From Azolla caroliniana (taxonomy: Eukaryota; Plantae; Polypodiophyta), in assembly GCA_043228905.1 (NCBI GenBank), contig JBHGNT010000395.1:1-28513 (forward strand): 28,513 nucleotides of DNA. Reading direction: 5' to 3'. This document shows, piece after piece, positions 1-11,525 of this stretch (position 1 is the stretch's first letter; each line of letters opens with the position of its first letter). A program made the translations under genes and the position numbers. A model generated the notes under the pieces. The model saw only the letters and a list, made by a program, of their open reading frames with translations, did not search any database and was not told the DNA's origin.

Positions 1-252
1 AGCCTTCTATTCCATTCATTCGTTTCCAAAATACCGAGTCTTTCAAATGGCAAAAGAACGCCACAATTCTAGACCATAATATTCTGAGAAATTGAATGGG
101 GTAATGATTGGCAGAAGAAATGAAGTTGGGAAAGAAATGCTCGAGTATGTATGGGCTTCCTTCAACATCCAATAAATTTGCTACAATGAAAGTATTGCTT
201 GGTTTAAGAGAAACAGTAGAATGGATGGGTAGCTAACTTGTTGCCCTTAGGT

Positions 253-310
253 TCTCTTTGTAATAATCCTTCCTAACTAATGGGAAAGTAGCTTCATTTT
301 GGAAAAAAAA
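253..310 (+). mobile_element. Extremely 5'-truncated LINE insertion (3' tail only) with 19-bp target-site duplication
   Basis: TAACTTGTTGCCCTTAGGT occurs at 234-252 and 311-329. The 58-bp insert ends in CTAACTAATGGGAAAGTAG...TTTTGG-A8, the same terminal motif as the LINE 3' ends at about 374-411 (-), 1657-1692 (-) and 6801-6841 (+). Confidence 0.8.
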
Positions 311-372
311 TAACTTGTTGCCCTTAGGTAAATACTTGTACCAGTTAATAATTCAAGTGTCTTAAGGTCGTA

Positions 373-1223
373 GTTTTTTTTTTCCCAAAAAAAATCTACT
401 TCCATTAGTTAAGAAAAAGTACATAGAATAATATACAACTCATATGTTACAAGCCACTTTGCAATGGCTACAAGAAAACATCATGTATAAATGAAGCAAC
501 AAAGCCTCGTCACATAATTACTCGACAGACTCCCATCAACATGAGCCTCACACAACCCACATTGAGCAAAGACACCCTCCAATCACTTCACAATTCAGCA
601 CCTACCTCTATGTTTGGTACCCTAGGAGGGAACAACCATCGGGATGGTTGATATATCCACTTTGCATTGCCATCCACCATTTGTAACATCGGAGAACCTC
701 TCCATTTAAGAAGGAAGTGGTACCTAGTTTCTTCACTCGCATTAGAGGGCCCCTAAAGGCTGTCAAACTTACCTTGTAGCGTAGAAATAAGATTAAACTA
801 AATCATCATTAAACTCTCAACCGATGGGGTTCGCTTCCCAGTAAACGGCTCCTTACACCTTGATACCCACACTTGCCAAACAGTAAGGCCAACCACTAAA
901 AACCAAACATCTACGTACCGGTCCTGTATGAAGAATGAATCTCCTTGAGTTGCAGGCTGAATTGTACCATTCACCACCTTTAAAGAAGGGCTATTTCCAT
1001 TCCACCCACGAAACCATGCAACCGATTTAGTAGCTAACCAAACAACAGTTGCACTTGATACCTGAACTTCAACCCTGCATCGAGCCAGAATTCTTAAGCT
1101 CCTCGTCCAAACTTCTTGGGCTCGCGGGCACCTCCATAAACAATGTGCGAAGTCCTCCAAACTCGCTCCATAGGCCTTGCAGTTACTCATGCCACCGCTT
1201 TTCCCCAACCACTCATGCCACCC
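373..1223 (-). mobile_element. 5'-truncated LINE (non-LTR retrotransposon): zf-RVT/C-terminal ORF2 fragment, 3' UTR and poly(A)
   Basis: ORF 798-1208 contains a degenerate zf-RVT (CKAY...HCLWRCPRAQEVW). It continues after frameshift/stop to FLLKWRGSPM...KWIYQPSRWLFPP at about 620-720. The poly-T at 374-383 is the tail. TSD CTTAAGGTCGTA is at 361-372 and 1224-1235. Confidence 0.85.
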
Positions 1224-1543
1224 CTTAAGGTCGTAATTTTTGGTGTAATATTGTCATAACTTTGGCATATCTATAAGATACTTGTGTAGTTTAAAACAAA
1301 TATAAATATATATGTCCTCCCCATTTGATGATTAAAATCTAGACTTAAAAAATATCAATTTGTTGTTTGTTTTGCCAAAAAATGAATTGGAACAAAGAAT
1401 CAAAACATAAAATCTTTCTTTCTCGATTATCAAAAGTTAAGAATTACAATATTGATTGTCTTCTTGTTATTATTATTATTGTAAAGCAGGAATTCAAACG
1501 AACATATATGATTTGTTTCTCTATTACCCAAAACATTCGTATA

Positions 1544-1560
1544 ACACACAACACACACAC

Positions 1561-1593
<33 letters not shown>

Positions 1594-1596
1594 CAC
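1544..1596. repeat. (CA)n microsatellite, imperfect
   Basis: Read directly from the sequence. Confidence 0.95.
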
Positions 1597-1656
1597 CTAA
1601 TTTGGATAACTACATTGATGTTTTTAAAATGTAGTTTCTACAAGCACCGTCTTCTA

Positions 1657-4310
1657 TTTTTCCTAAAAAAACACTTCTTTGCAGTAGTTAGCAAACTGAA
1701 TATAACAAAGTTCAACTCGAATCCACAATGGGATCAGTATATACAACACAGAGGAACAACTCCAAAACCAACAAAAAAACCCAGCAAAACTCACGCGGCC
1801 CTTATCCCCAGCAAAATTGAAAGAAACCCCAATTTACACCATCTCTACTCCTCCAAACACACTCTTTTATAGCTATACCTACATATTTACATCCGATGTA
1901 CAATATTGGGAGCCATCGGTAGAAACAACCATCTAGGTGCCTGGTAGTTCCACTTAGGCCTCATCGAGGATTTGACCATCATGGGAGAACCACCCAATTT
2001 CAACAAGAACGTAGACCTTGCCCTTTCTGATTCATCCGATTCCCCTTGAATTGAGCCATACCATCCATGCAGCCATGCCACTAGCTCAAACCCGATATTT
2101 AGCATCACCTCAACGCATGAGAGCTTATGCAGGAGAAAAACAAACTTACAATGCCTGGTCCAAATGTGTCAGACCGATAGGCAAGCCGCCATAAGCCAAA
2201 TCTCCTAAAAAAATTCAGAATTTGTGCCACGTCTCACCCCATCACATAGGAACATACTACCACTCTACACTATAAATCCGTGTCCATGGTGGTTTAATTG
2301 TTCCACCAATCATTCCCTATTTAGGGTTAGACCCTGTATGGAACCCCACACACCATTCACATTCACACCGCAAGCTACCACAATTCGGAGGCTTCTATTC
2401 CAAATGCTAATCACTTTTGTATAGTTCCAGAAAAAGTGAGAGATTGATTCCAAAGTGTGTCCACATAATTTACAACCAACGACACCACCATGGGAACCCA
2501 ACCACTCCTTTGCAGGTACCGCCTTGTGGCTAAGAAGCCACAACCAAACCTTTATTTTTTCTGGCATATCCAACGCCCATAGCCTCCTCCAAAACGACTT
2601 GAAGAGGTCATATGATATGCCTTTGTCCTTCCAACTATTGGGAATCGTTACAACACCCACCGATTTGGAGCCAATGATACGTCTTCCAAGCTTAGTATTG
2701 TACTCAAAATACGTTTTCAGTTTGTTTGTTCCCGGTATCTGCCACCATACCTCCAATGGATCCCACTCCACATCATATAATGGCTTCTTGTTGAAAAGCC
2801 ATATTTTACAATCATGATCAAGTGTCTTAGGGTCCGGGTTCAATCGCCACCTCTTACCCTCCAACACTGCCACACGCATTGCCGACCACCTATGATAATC
2901 CGTCAATGCACTTAGGTTACCCACAAACGCTCCTCATTAGTTGAGCATTTGGCACAGATAAGTTGTGTATCACTCTCACGTACAAACTAACCTAACCAAA
3001 CTCCCTCTTCCGCATTCAACTTACCAAATCCATCAACGACCTTATCTATCAGCTGGGTCACCTTCGATAGGACCTTCTTCCATCTAAGTAGCACAAAACC
3101 TAATGACTCTTTATAGTAAACCATTTCGTTCCCTTTAGGGTTATGTTTATGGTACTCGAATGCAAATTCAAAAACCAAGCAACAAATTAAATTTTGAGGC
3201 CTGAACATAGAGAGTTGTATTATCAGCAAACTCACTATTCATGCTAGCATATGCAACTGTAGTGCTAAACATTTAATATTTACATGTTGAGAATTTAAAT
3301 GTACGAAAAATGCTTCAGATACTCGTAAAATTAGAAAAGGAGCAAGTGGACATCCCTGCCGCATTGATCTTAAAATAGAGAACCGCCTACCGACATCCCT
3401 TGCAAATAAAAAAGAACTATGTGCATTACGATATAATGTTGATACTCCTCGTATCCATATGTTTGGAAAACCTATCCTAAGCAATGTGCCTTCCATAAGA
3501 TTCTAGTCCACTCTGTCGTAAGCTTTTTCAAAATCAAGAAATAACATTGGTAGATCTTGCTTATGCAATTCAACAAAGACTACCATTTCTCAAAAAAGAA
3601 TAATATTATAAAAAATATTTGCCCTTGCATAAAACCAGTATGGGAATCATGAATTAACTCAGCAAGATAAGGCTATAACTGTCTAGCTATCGTTTCTGCT
3701 AATATCTTATAAATAACATTCAACAAGGTAATTGGTCTCCAATGACAAAGCTCTTGTAATTGTCCACTTGTTTTAGAAATCATGTACATTTAAACCCTCA
3801 TTCCATGCTTGTGGAATATTTCCCGAGTCTAAAATCTGTTGATAAGATTTGGTCAGTTCATCACCTATCAAATCCCAATACTATATATACCACTGAGTTC
3901 CCAACCCATCCAATCCAGGACAAACCTCCTTTGCTAGGGCTTTTACCACTTTAAGAACCTCTTGAGGACTTAATGCTTGCAAACGACATTTTGAAAGTTG
4001 TACAAACACCCTATTGTGAATCCTTGTCCATATAATATTCCTTTTAAACAAATCATCTCCAGAAAAGAACCTAGCATTCAACAAAGTCTCATAATAATCA
4101 AAGGCTATTTGATGCATCTCATAGAAAAGTGGTATAAGAGCCATAATGACATTTTAACCGAGAAATCCTAGCAGTCGACTTATGATGATTATGCACTCCA
4201 AAGAACAATTTATTGACTTTATCTCTCGACTCTGCCCGTGTAGAAGATATATTATGATAAGTAAAATCAGTTGAAACCTTTTCTAATTCCAATATCAGAT
4301 TCACTAATTG
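1657..4310 (-). mobile_element. Degenerate LINE (L1-like) ORF2: reverse transcriptase + zf-RVT, internally deleted
   Basis: Minus-strand motifs in order: KEVCPGLDG (about 3905-3930), WRPITLLNVIYKI (about 3705-3742), LFLDFEKAYDRVD (about 3505-3545), RQGCPLAPFL (about 3335-3362), FADN at 3230-3219 (a decayed FADD), WLLSHKAVP...CKLC...HFFW (zf-RVT, ORF 2310-2924) and KWNYQAPRWLF (ORF 1887-2108). The family 3' terminal motif lies at about 1657-1692. Many stops and frameshifts; the 5' boundary is approximate. Confidence 0.88.
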
Positions 4311-4559
4311 CATCACTCTGGAATTTATATAACTCAAATATGGTCTTCTCTCTTGCAGATGTTGCAAGGACCTCAATCCCCGACACTTGATATAAGTGTT
4401 CATTTAAGAAATTAGCATTTGATTGAAGTGTTCTTATAAATGCAATACTCCATTTATTTGTTAATGCAAGTTTTTGTCTTTACTTTCCTATATTCATTCT
4501 CTCTATCTCACTTAATGGAGCAGTTTGAATACACTGGGGGAGAATGGAAGAGATCATGG

Positions 4560-5850
4560 TAGGATGAGATATTCTAATAACAAAGATGCATGAAAGCCTT
4601 GAGAAAAGTTTACCTCAAGTGTATAACTTTCAATGGGAGTTTGTACACAAGCAAACGACTTCACAAAGTGCATCACAAGGTCGGGTGGGATAACATCTCT
4701 CTTTTGACAAGCCTGATATCCACACATACAAGTAATGGAATGGATGTAAAGGCTATATATGTGCTTGATGTGAGCTCTTAGAGGGACAAGTCTTTTCATT
4801 ATGTTATGCTATTTTTTCTCAAGGAATAAAAAAATGCAAAAATAAATGGCAACAATCAACGAACTAATAAAGACAATGAAATTGAATCACCCTATAGTGT
4901 TGTATTTGAGAGCATAATGTGATAATCAAATTTGGGCAAAGTATTCATCATGGGAGACTTCAAAGCCAAGATGAAATATAGACATTGTGATATCTATATT
5001 TTGGAAGACAAGCTATCTTCACCCTACAAGGAGGGCAAGTTGAAGCAATGGATTCCTATGTATGTTTAAGAATTACATTTAGAAGCACAAGTATGATTAT
5101 TTGACACCATGGTCACCCATGTTATCATGTATGATGCATCCACGCTGGTCATGAACCCATATATATGGACGCATATAGACATTCATTTGGTCATGATGTT
5201 GTCATCGACGATAGATAGCAAAGCAACCAACCTAGACAAGATCTCATATTTTGAATTGGAAACACCCCATGATGGTAGAAACATTATTTAAGACAATGAA
5301 CCTCATCAACAAATTTTGAACCATGTGGTTCGAAGAATTAATATAAGTTGTTTGAAGCATGAAAGCAAACGGCGATGATAGAACACAAAAGGATCATAAT
5401 ACTTGCAAGTGACAAAGTGGTCGAACAATGGTTTTGACATTAAGCAATACAAGGTAATGCAACAATGAACGATGAGAGGAACAAGGTAATGCGACAAGTT
5501 TATACCCAAAAGCCTTGGCTCAAACAAAGGGGACCACTTCTAGCAAAGATGGCCTAAAACATATTAAATCATTCCATGAACTTATTTAGAGAATGGATGC
5601 ATACATAAAGCAACATACATAGACATCGACATGCCTCATAATGCTCTATAGTCGTAGGGTTATTTAGATTCTCATTTACTAACCAAAGGTCAAGGTAGAT
5701 ATTGGCTTTGTATACCTAGAGCTAAAACATTTTGCAGATTATCCAAAAGGAAAGATTAGAATCAAGGAATGCACATCACAAATTAGTATGCCACACTCTA
5801 CATGAACTCCACCACCATGTGACAAATAATGAAGAAGCATCACCTACAAT
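4560..5850 (+). mobile_element. Highly decayed LINE relic of a different family (AP-endonuclease and C-terminal remnants)
   Basis: DILITKMHES-like start at about 4567. VFIMGDFKAK at 4941-4970 resembles the AP-endonuclease GDFNA motif. WLCIPRAKTFC...LVCHTL at about 5700-5800 resembles a LINE C-terminal Cys/His region. Fragmentary, with approximate boundaries. Confidence 0.45.
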
Positions 5851-6300
5851 AGTTTCACAAATTAGCTTCAAAATCACGACGAATCAACACTTACATTAGC
5901 ACACAAGATGCAGAGGAAATCACACATGACTTATTTCATAACCAATTTCTTCCATAACTTCTTACCTCCTCTAACATGTAGAGGATTCCCAACAAAGTAA
6001 GTAGAGGAATGTTGACGATGATAGCGACAATGAGCACCAAGATATAAGGCACAAGGGTTATATTTTCTTTAAATCATACAAATAATTGTTGGCCTTGTAC
6101 AATTCCACATGCGGACACCTAGTGACAATTCGGAGACTTATTCATTGCATCATTTCGTCACACCAATGAACCTTGGATATAAAGTCCAAATCATCAATAC
6201 TCTCAAGCATACAACTTTACTATTCGGGCTTGTAAATCATCCAAAAATAATACTATCATATGCATAAAGATAATGATCATTGAGCTTTTATTTATTTATT

Positions 6301-6842
6301 AGTATGGATGATGTCAGGTGAAACCCGGTACAAACTCTAGGTTTTTTGAGGAGATATGGATGTTGGTGGCATGCTTCTCGGTCTGGCACATTTGGACCAG
6401 ACGATATATGTTTGTTTTTCAGCAACGAAAACTCCCAAGCGGTGAGGTGTTGCTAAAGATTTGGTTCGAGCTAGTATCTTGGCTGCGCGGACGATACAAC
6501 TCGATTGAAGGGAACTCAGATGAAGCAGAAAGGGCTCGGTCAAAGTTTTTGCTGAAATGGGGTCGCTCTCCTATGAGGGTAAAATCATCGTCAGGGCCTA
6601 AATGGAACTACCAAGCACCGAGATGGTTGTTTCCGCCTATGGCTTCCATTAGTGGACTGGAGATGTAAATATGTGGTTACCATGTAAAAAGAGTTTGCGG
6701 GATACTTTTGTTGTAAATATCAGGGTGGGCATTATGCTTAGTTTTGTGTAGAGTAGTGTGAGTTTTGTTGATTATGGTTGAACTTTGATGTACTTCGTTT
6801 GCTAACTAATGGGAAGTAGTGTTATTTTTTTGGAAAAAAAAT
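6301..6842 (+). mobile_element. 5'-truncated LINE 3' fragment, same family as 1657-4310
   Basis: ORF 6318-6668 aligns with the C-terminus of the 1887-2240 copy (IEGNSDEAERARSKFLLKWGRSPM...KWNYQAPRWLFPPMA vs IQGESDESERARSTFLLKLGGSPM...KWNYQAPRWLFLPMA). It ends in GCTAACTAATGGGAAGTAG...TTTTTTTGG-A8. Confidence 0.85.
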
Positions 6843-8809
6843 AAAATCTCTCTCTCACACACAGTAAAAGCATACAATCATATTAATTCCATGTAAATTC
6901 AATGTTACAACTTCGTCCTTTGTGTGTGTGTGGTGAAGACACCCACTTATATAATAAATGTGTGATAAACACTACAATGGCACCACAAGTGAGTGATGTC
7001 ACAACATGGATCACCAATACGCAAGACTAACACTCCACAAGAAAAGGAATCAAATTCCCCTTTGGTATGCCTAAATTTATGGACCCAATACCCACTATTG
7101 TATATTGATGGGAATTTCCCAATTAGGTGGTCGTGGTTGGCGAGATTTATAAATTTTGAACTATCCTCAGCGATGTGTCATGTGGAATGAAACTCCTGAA
7201 TCCACAAGCCACACATACAATACACTAGAAAATCATCTCACATTGTCACAGAAAGTTACAATATCTCTAATTCCTCCACAACACTTCTCTCTTGTCTGTC
7301 AACATGTCATTGGCATTGTTGACCCTCATTGACAATGTGAATGATAATTGTCTTAGATGCCCATCGCAACTATGGTTCGAATCTCTACTTTCTAGGAGAA
7401 ATTTGATTGGCCATATATTAAAAAATATCAAGAAGTATGTTCTAGAATAAGTAATGTAGTGCTTGAAAGTTCATGGAATATTGGCAAAGTTAGAAAGCCC
7501 AACTACAAAATGGCAAACGAAACTCATCGATTTGGTTGTGGGGGGTAACCACCACACATAGCAAGTGCATCATATTCCATTGGGTAGTTGTGGATTTTTC
7601 AGCAAGTTGAAAGGTTTATTCCTATTAAACCTGGAATAATAAATAGGTAAATGGTTTTGGATAATGTTATTCCATGTATTGGTTGTCCTGGTTATGAGGA
7701 CAATAGTAACCTATTGAGATTAGAAGTTTTACAAGAGATATTTTGATTTTTGTTTTTTTTATAAAGTGAAGGCTAATGTTTGCAAAAAGAAGTGGCACCC
7801 CTCATGTCATAAGATTAGAAATGAAAGAGTAGATATGAAAACTTATAAACCATAAGTAAAATAATCGAGAAGATTGTACATATATTGGCCAATATTCAAA
7901 TACGACTCATTGGACAAAAAACTATTTGTAGGAACAATGTGAGAAAAGCCAATATTTAGAGACAGTATAAACTCTTGGCGATAAGATTCCAAAAAGCTAT
8001 ATAATGCCTCATGACTGATAAGCTTAATAAAATGAACTACTTTTGGTGTAGTGGTTGTTCATTATATTCATATTCATTATTTTAGTGATTATTTTCAACG
8101 AGAGTGTAGGGAAAACTTTGAAATAGCCATGAGTTTTTCTTTGTTTCCTTAAATGCCTTTGATGAATCCCACAAAAAGAGACCACGTGGAAAAATTAATC
8201 ATTAATTTGCCCAAATAATTGAGGAAACGGAAATGCCATACTAGTTGACCGAAAAAATCCTTGTTCTGCACATATAAGGAATGACTTGTCTTACAATTTG
8301 TTCCACGAGGTTTTGATATTCAATTTTTATGCTCTATACTCCCCCCAAGCCATCATTGATATGAAATCCACATCTTCCAATCCATCAAATCTACTCCTCC
8401 ATTGCCATTAGCTTATGGCTCAAACATGTACTACTTTACAACTCATGCTAAATGCATCAATGCAATAATATGTTAAGTTGGTATATTTGGCTAAAACTAG
8501 AGTGTCTTTTTGTCGTCACATTCGTAGACATTATTTAGTGGACACCATAACCCAAGTCACTATCTAAAGATTAAAATACTCAATAGAGGATATTAAGAAA
8601 AGGCGATAAAGAGTTGACACATAATGGGAGAGAGAAACGAGTGAAACACTCCATCTAAAAGGAATATTAAGGATTGGCTTTCAAAAAGAATGGTCGTGTT
8701 CACATAAAAGAAAAGGTATACATGGAAGGTAACTGAGGCTGAATAGTAGAGTGCAAATTTTTTGACTCTTCCTTTACATGGAGTCACTCATGTTTTCCAA
8801 TTCCAACAT

Positions 8810-8835
8810 AGAAGAAGAAGAAGAAGAAGAAGAAG
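8810..8835. repeat. (AAG)n microsatellite
   Basis: About 8 perfect units, read directly. Confidence 0.95.
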
Positions 8836-9186
8836 TACTTGAAGGTATTGAAATTGTATAACTTTTCACTATGGCATGCTTAGTCATGTTTCAATTCATG
8901 GCTGTCAACCTCCCAGGAATACAAAAAGCCGAGTGAAAACAATGTACAGGTGACGATGGTGTTATCATTGTACGATTCTTTGAAGACTAGTAGACGCGTA
9001 TGCAAGAAGTACATGTAATGATATGTATATTATGTATGCGTGTGTGTACATACATATATGAATGATTCCCCACGAGGCTTGACAAAAGCGGTTATTTTCG
9101 AATGTCGAGAGGGATTGAATAGGAAGGAAGGTGTCCCGAGCGAGTCAGTGCGGCCTGCTTATGAGAGGAGAGGGGTTTCTCTTTCA

Positions 9187-9357
9187 AAGAGGAGCCAAGA
9201 AGAGAGAGAGAGAGGGGGGTGGAGGGGTCCAAGGTTCAAGCCCTACCAAAACCCAAAAGTCTTCACAGGGAAGAGGAGCCAAGGAGATAGAGATAGATTA
9301 GATTGAGAGAGATGGATGGGCCTAAGGTTCAAACCCTACCAAAACCCAAAAGTCTTC
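9187..9357 (+). repeat. Two-copy direct repeat (about 80-87 bp) in the gene A promoter
   Basis: AAGAGGAGCCAAG...(GA-rich)...AAGGTTCAA(G/A)CCCTACCAAAACCCAAAAGTCTTC at 9187-9264 and 9271-9357. Confidence 0.9.
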
Positions 9358-9500
9358 CCCACCTGTGAAAAGGCCTAGAGGAGTTCAATAAAAGGAAGCT
9401 GCACTGCCCTGCCCTGCATTGCGCTGTCCTGCACTGCATCAGGACCAGTCAATCCACGAAGACGTGGTAGAGGTTTGATGAGTCTGCAGAGCATCTCTCC

Positions 9501-9508
9501 TTATATAG
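9501..9508 (+). promoter_or_regulatory. Candidate TATA box of gene A
   Basis: CCTTATATAGCC lies about 55 nt upstream of ATG 9561. Confidence 0.55.
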
Positions 9509-9560
9509 CCTGCCCTGAAAGACCGTTTTGTTACGGTTGGTTCATGAGGAAGAACTCATC

Positions 9561-11525
9561 ATGTCTCATCATCAGATTTGTGCTTTTGCATTCCCTGCCC
9601 TAGCCCTTTTTTGGATCCTTTTACAACACCTCTGCGCTGCACAGGATTGCAACACCAGCTATGTATTCAATCAGACCACTTATAGCCTCAGCAATTGTGT
9701 CGATTTGTCGGTTCAGGGCGCGAAACTGGCATGGACCTACCATAGCAGCAATAATAGTGTGGATTTAGTGTTCTCTGGGACAGCCTCCTCCAGTTCTGGC
9801 TGGGTGGGATGGGGCATTAATCCCACCACTCCTAATACCATGGTCGGCTCCAGTGTCTTCGTCGCGTTCCAGTCTTCGGTGAATGGTAGCAATGTTCTCC
9901 CCTACAAACTCACAACCGAAATTCAGAGCTTTGCGAACCCCTGTGCATGCTCACCTATAGACTTTGTTGTGAACAATACGGCAGTCGAGATCTCAGGTAC
10001 GTATATACCTAAATACTCCTACTGCACAAACATTCTACAGATTTTATTCAATACATGCATACATACCTAGATACCCCACATGTATACATGCACATGTGCT
10101 GCTAGTATTCATCTATGTATGTATACATTTCATGGTAAACAATTAAAGCTGATGGCTGGGTTTCAAAAACTTTCAGCCGTTTTTAGAATTTTGAGGAAGT
10201 TGCTTTGAAATTGACCTATAATGAACGTAACGATGACTAGGAGTTGAAAGGTTTAACCCAATCAATTATACTCATAAATTTGTCGGGGTTACTTAAGTTT
10301 TACATCATGCAAGCATGCATATTTTACCTCCTACTTCTTGAGGATGGATACATACTTCCTTTGATTGAGGATGCTAAGACACTAGGGCATGTAATTGTAT
10401 CATAATAAGTTGTATAATATGTCTTCCTGCTTTATGGCAGTGGGATTCATCTGGAATGAATCACCATCTAAATATCAGTATTGATTACTGATTGCTTCCC
10501 AAAATGTTTGCTTCCTAGAACCCTAGCCTGATAAACACCACTCAGAATTGTGTTCATCATTTTACTAGACATCAGTTTACTAGACATCATTTTTGCATCT
10601 TGGAAATTCACGTGCCCAATCGATGCATTTTGTGTCTCAGTGATTTTACATTCGCAAGTGATGCATGCCAGTCATCCATTTCAGGCTGGGGCATGGCTTT
10701 CTGCATAGTGAATTGAGCGGAACAGTACTTAACTATGATTGTTCAAGAACTTTAAACTGAAGGTGAAGGATGCCAGCGAACTTATGTGTTTGTTTTGTTT
10801 GTTCAGGGACATCAATGAATATTTATGTGTCTTTCAAGCTCCCGTCCAACAGCACTTCTCTTAATCATATATGGAATAGAGGGGCGACTGTCACTAACTT
10901 CCAGCCACAGGCACATAGCCAATCAGGAACTGATCTAACAGCCTTCAAAGTGATCGATATGTACACTGCAGACATTTCAAACCAACCGGCTGCACCTAAT
11001 CAAACACTTAAAAGAGTCCATGGAATCCTCAACACCATCTCATGGGGCATTCTCCTCCCATTAGGTGTTATCTTTGCTCGGTATCTCCGACCATTCTTAG
11101 ATCCAGCTTGGTTTTACATCCACATTTCATTTCAAACCCTTGGCTATGCATTAGGTGTTATAGGCTGGGGTCTAGGACTGAAACTGCGAAGTGTGACCGC
11201 GGCTGTGCACACATCCCATCAGAACATAGGTTTAGCTCTCATCATTTTTAGTACCTTTCAGGTCTTGTCTCTTGTTCTTCGCCCAAGGAAAGACATGAAG
11301 CTTCGAAAGTTTTGGAACCTGTATCATTATGCACTTGGGTATTCCATCATTGTGTTAGGCATCGTCAACATCTTTCAGGGTCTGAATATATTAGCTCCGG
11401 GTGGCCATTGGCGATCTGGATACATTGCCAGCTTGTGTCTTATGCTTGTCGCAGCATTGTTTCTGGAAATTGCATCATGGGCCCATTATTTTATTAAGAA
11501 AAGAAGCGCCCTTCCCAGGGTTTAG
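9561..11525 (+). CDS. Cytochrome b561 and DOMON domain-containing protein (CYBDOM), gene A; exons 9561-9996 and 10807-11525; 384 aa
   Basis: The protein has a signal peptide (MSHHQICAFAFPALALFWILLQHLCAA) and a DOMON domain with GWVGWGINP...MVGS (Met haem ligand) and NHIW...QPQAH (His ligand). The b561 domain has four His ligands: HGILN, WFYIH, HQNIG, WNLYH. A GT-AG phase-1 intron joins the exons in frame (436+719=1155 nt). Confidence 0.93.
9997..10806 (+). other. Spliceosomal intron of gene A (810 bp, phase 1)
   Basis: Donor TCAG|GTACGT and acceptor TTTTGTTTGTTCAG|G. Same position (EISG) as the gene B intron. Confidence 0.9.

Noticed and set aside
244-372. Shared CTTA(A)GGT in two LINE TSDs as a target-site preference
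   Set aside because: There are only two examples and the match is short, so chance cannot be excluded.
1367-1872. ORFs 1367-1600 and 1456-1872
   Set aside because: They run through a (CA)n microsatellite and the antisense LINE 3' UTR, with no protein features.
6921-7293. Possible old minus-strand LTR (AAGAGAGAAG then TGTTGTGGAGG at 7283)
   Set aside because: A PPT-like tract and TG start are visible, but I found no convincing far end, TSD or linked pol motifs.
9528-10070. Stand-alone DOMON (AIR12-like) ORFs here and at 14925-15494
   Set aside because: They are first exons read into introns. They lack the distal His ligand, which lies in exon 2, and canonical splice sites join the exons in frame.
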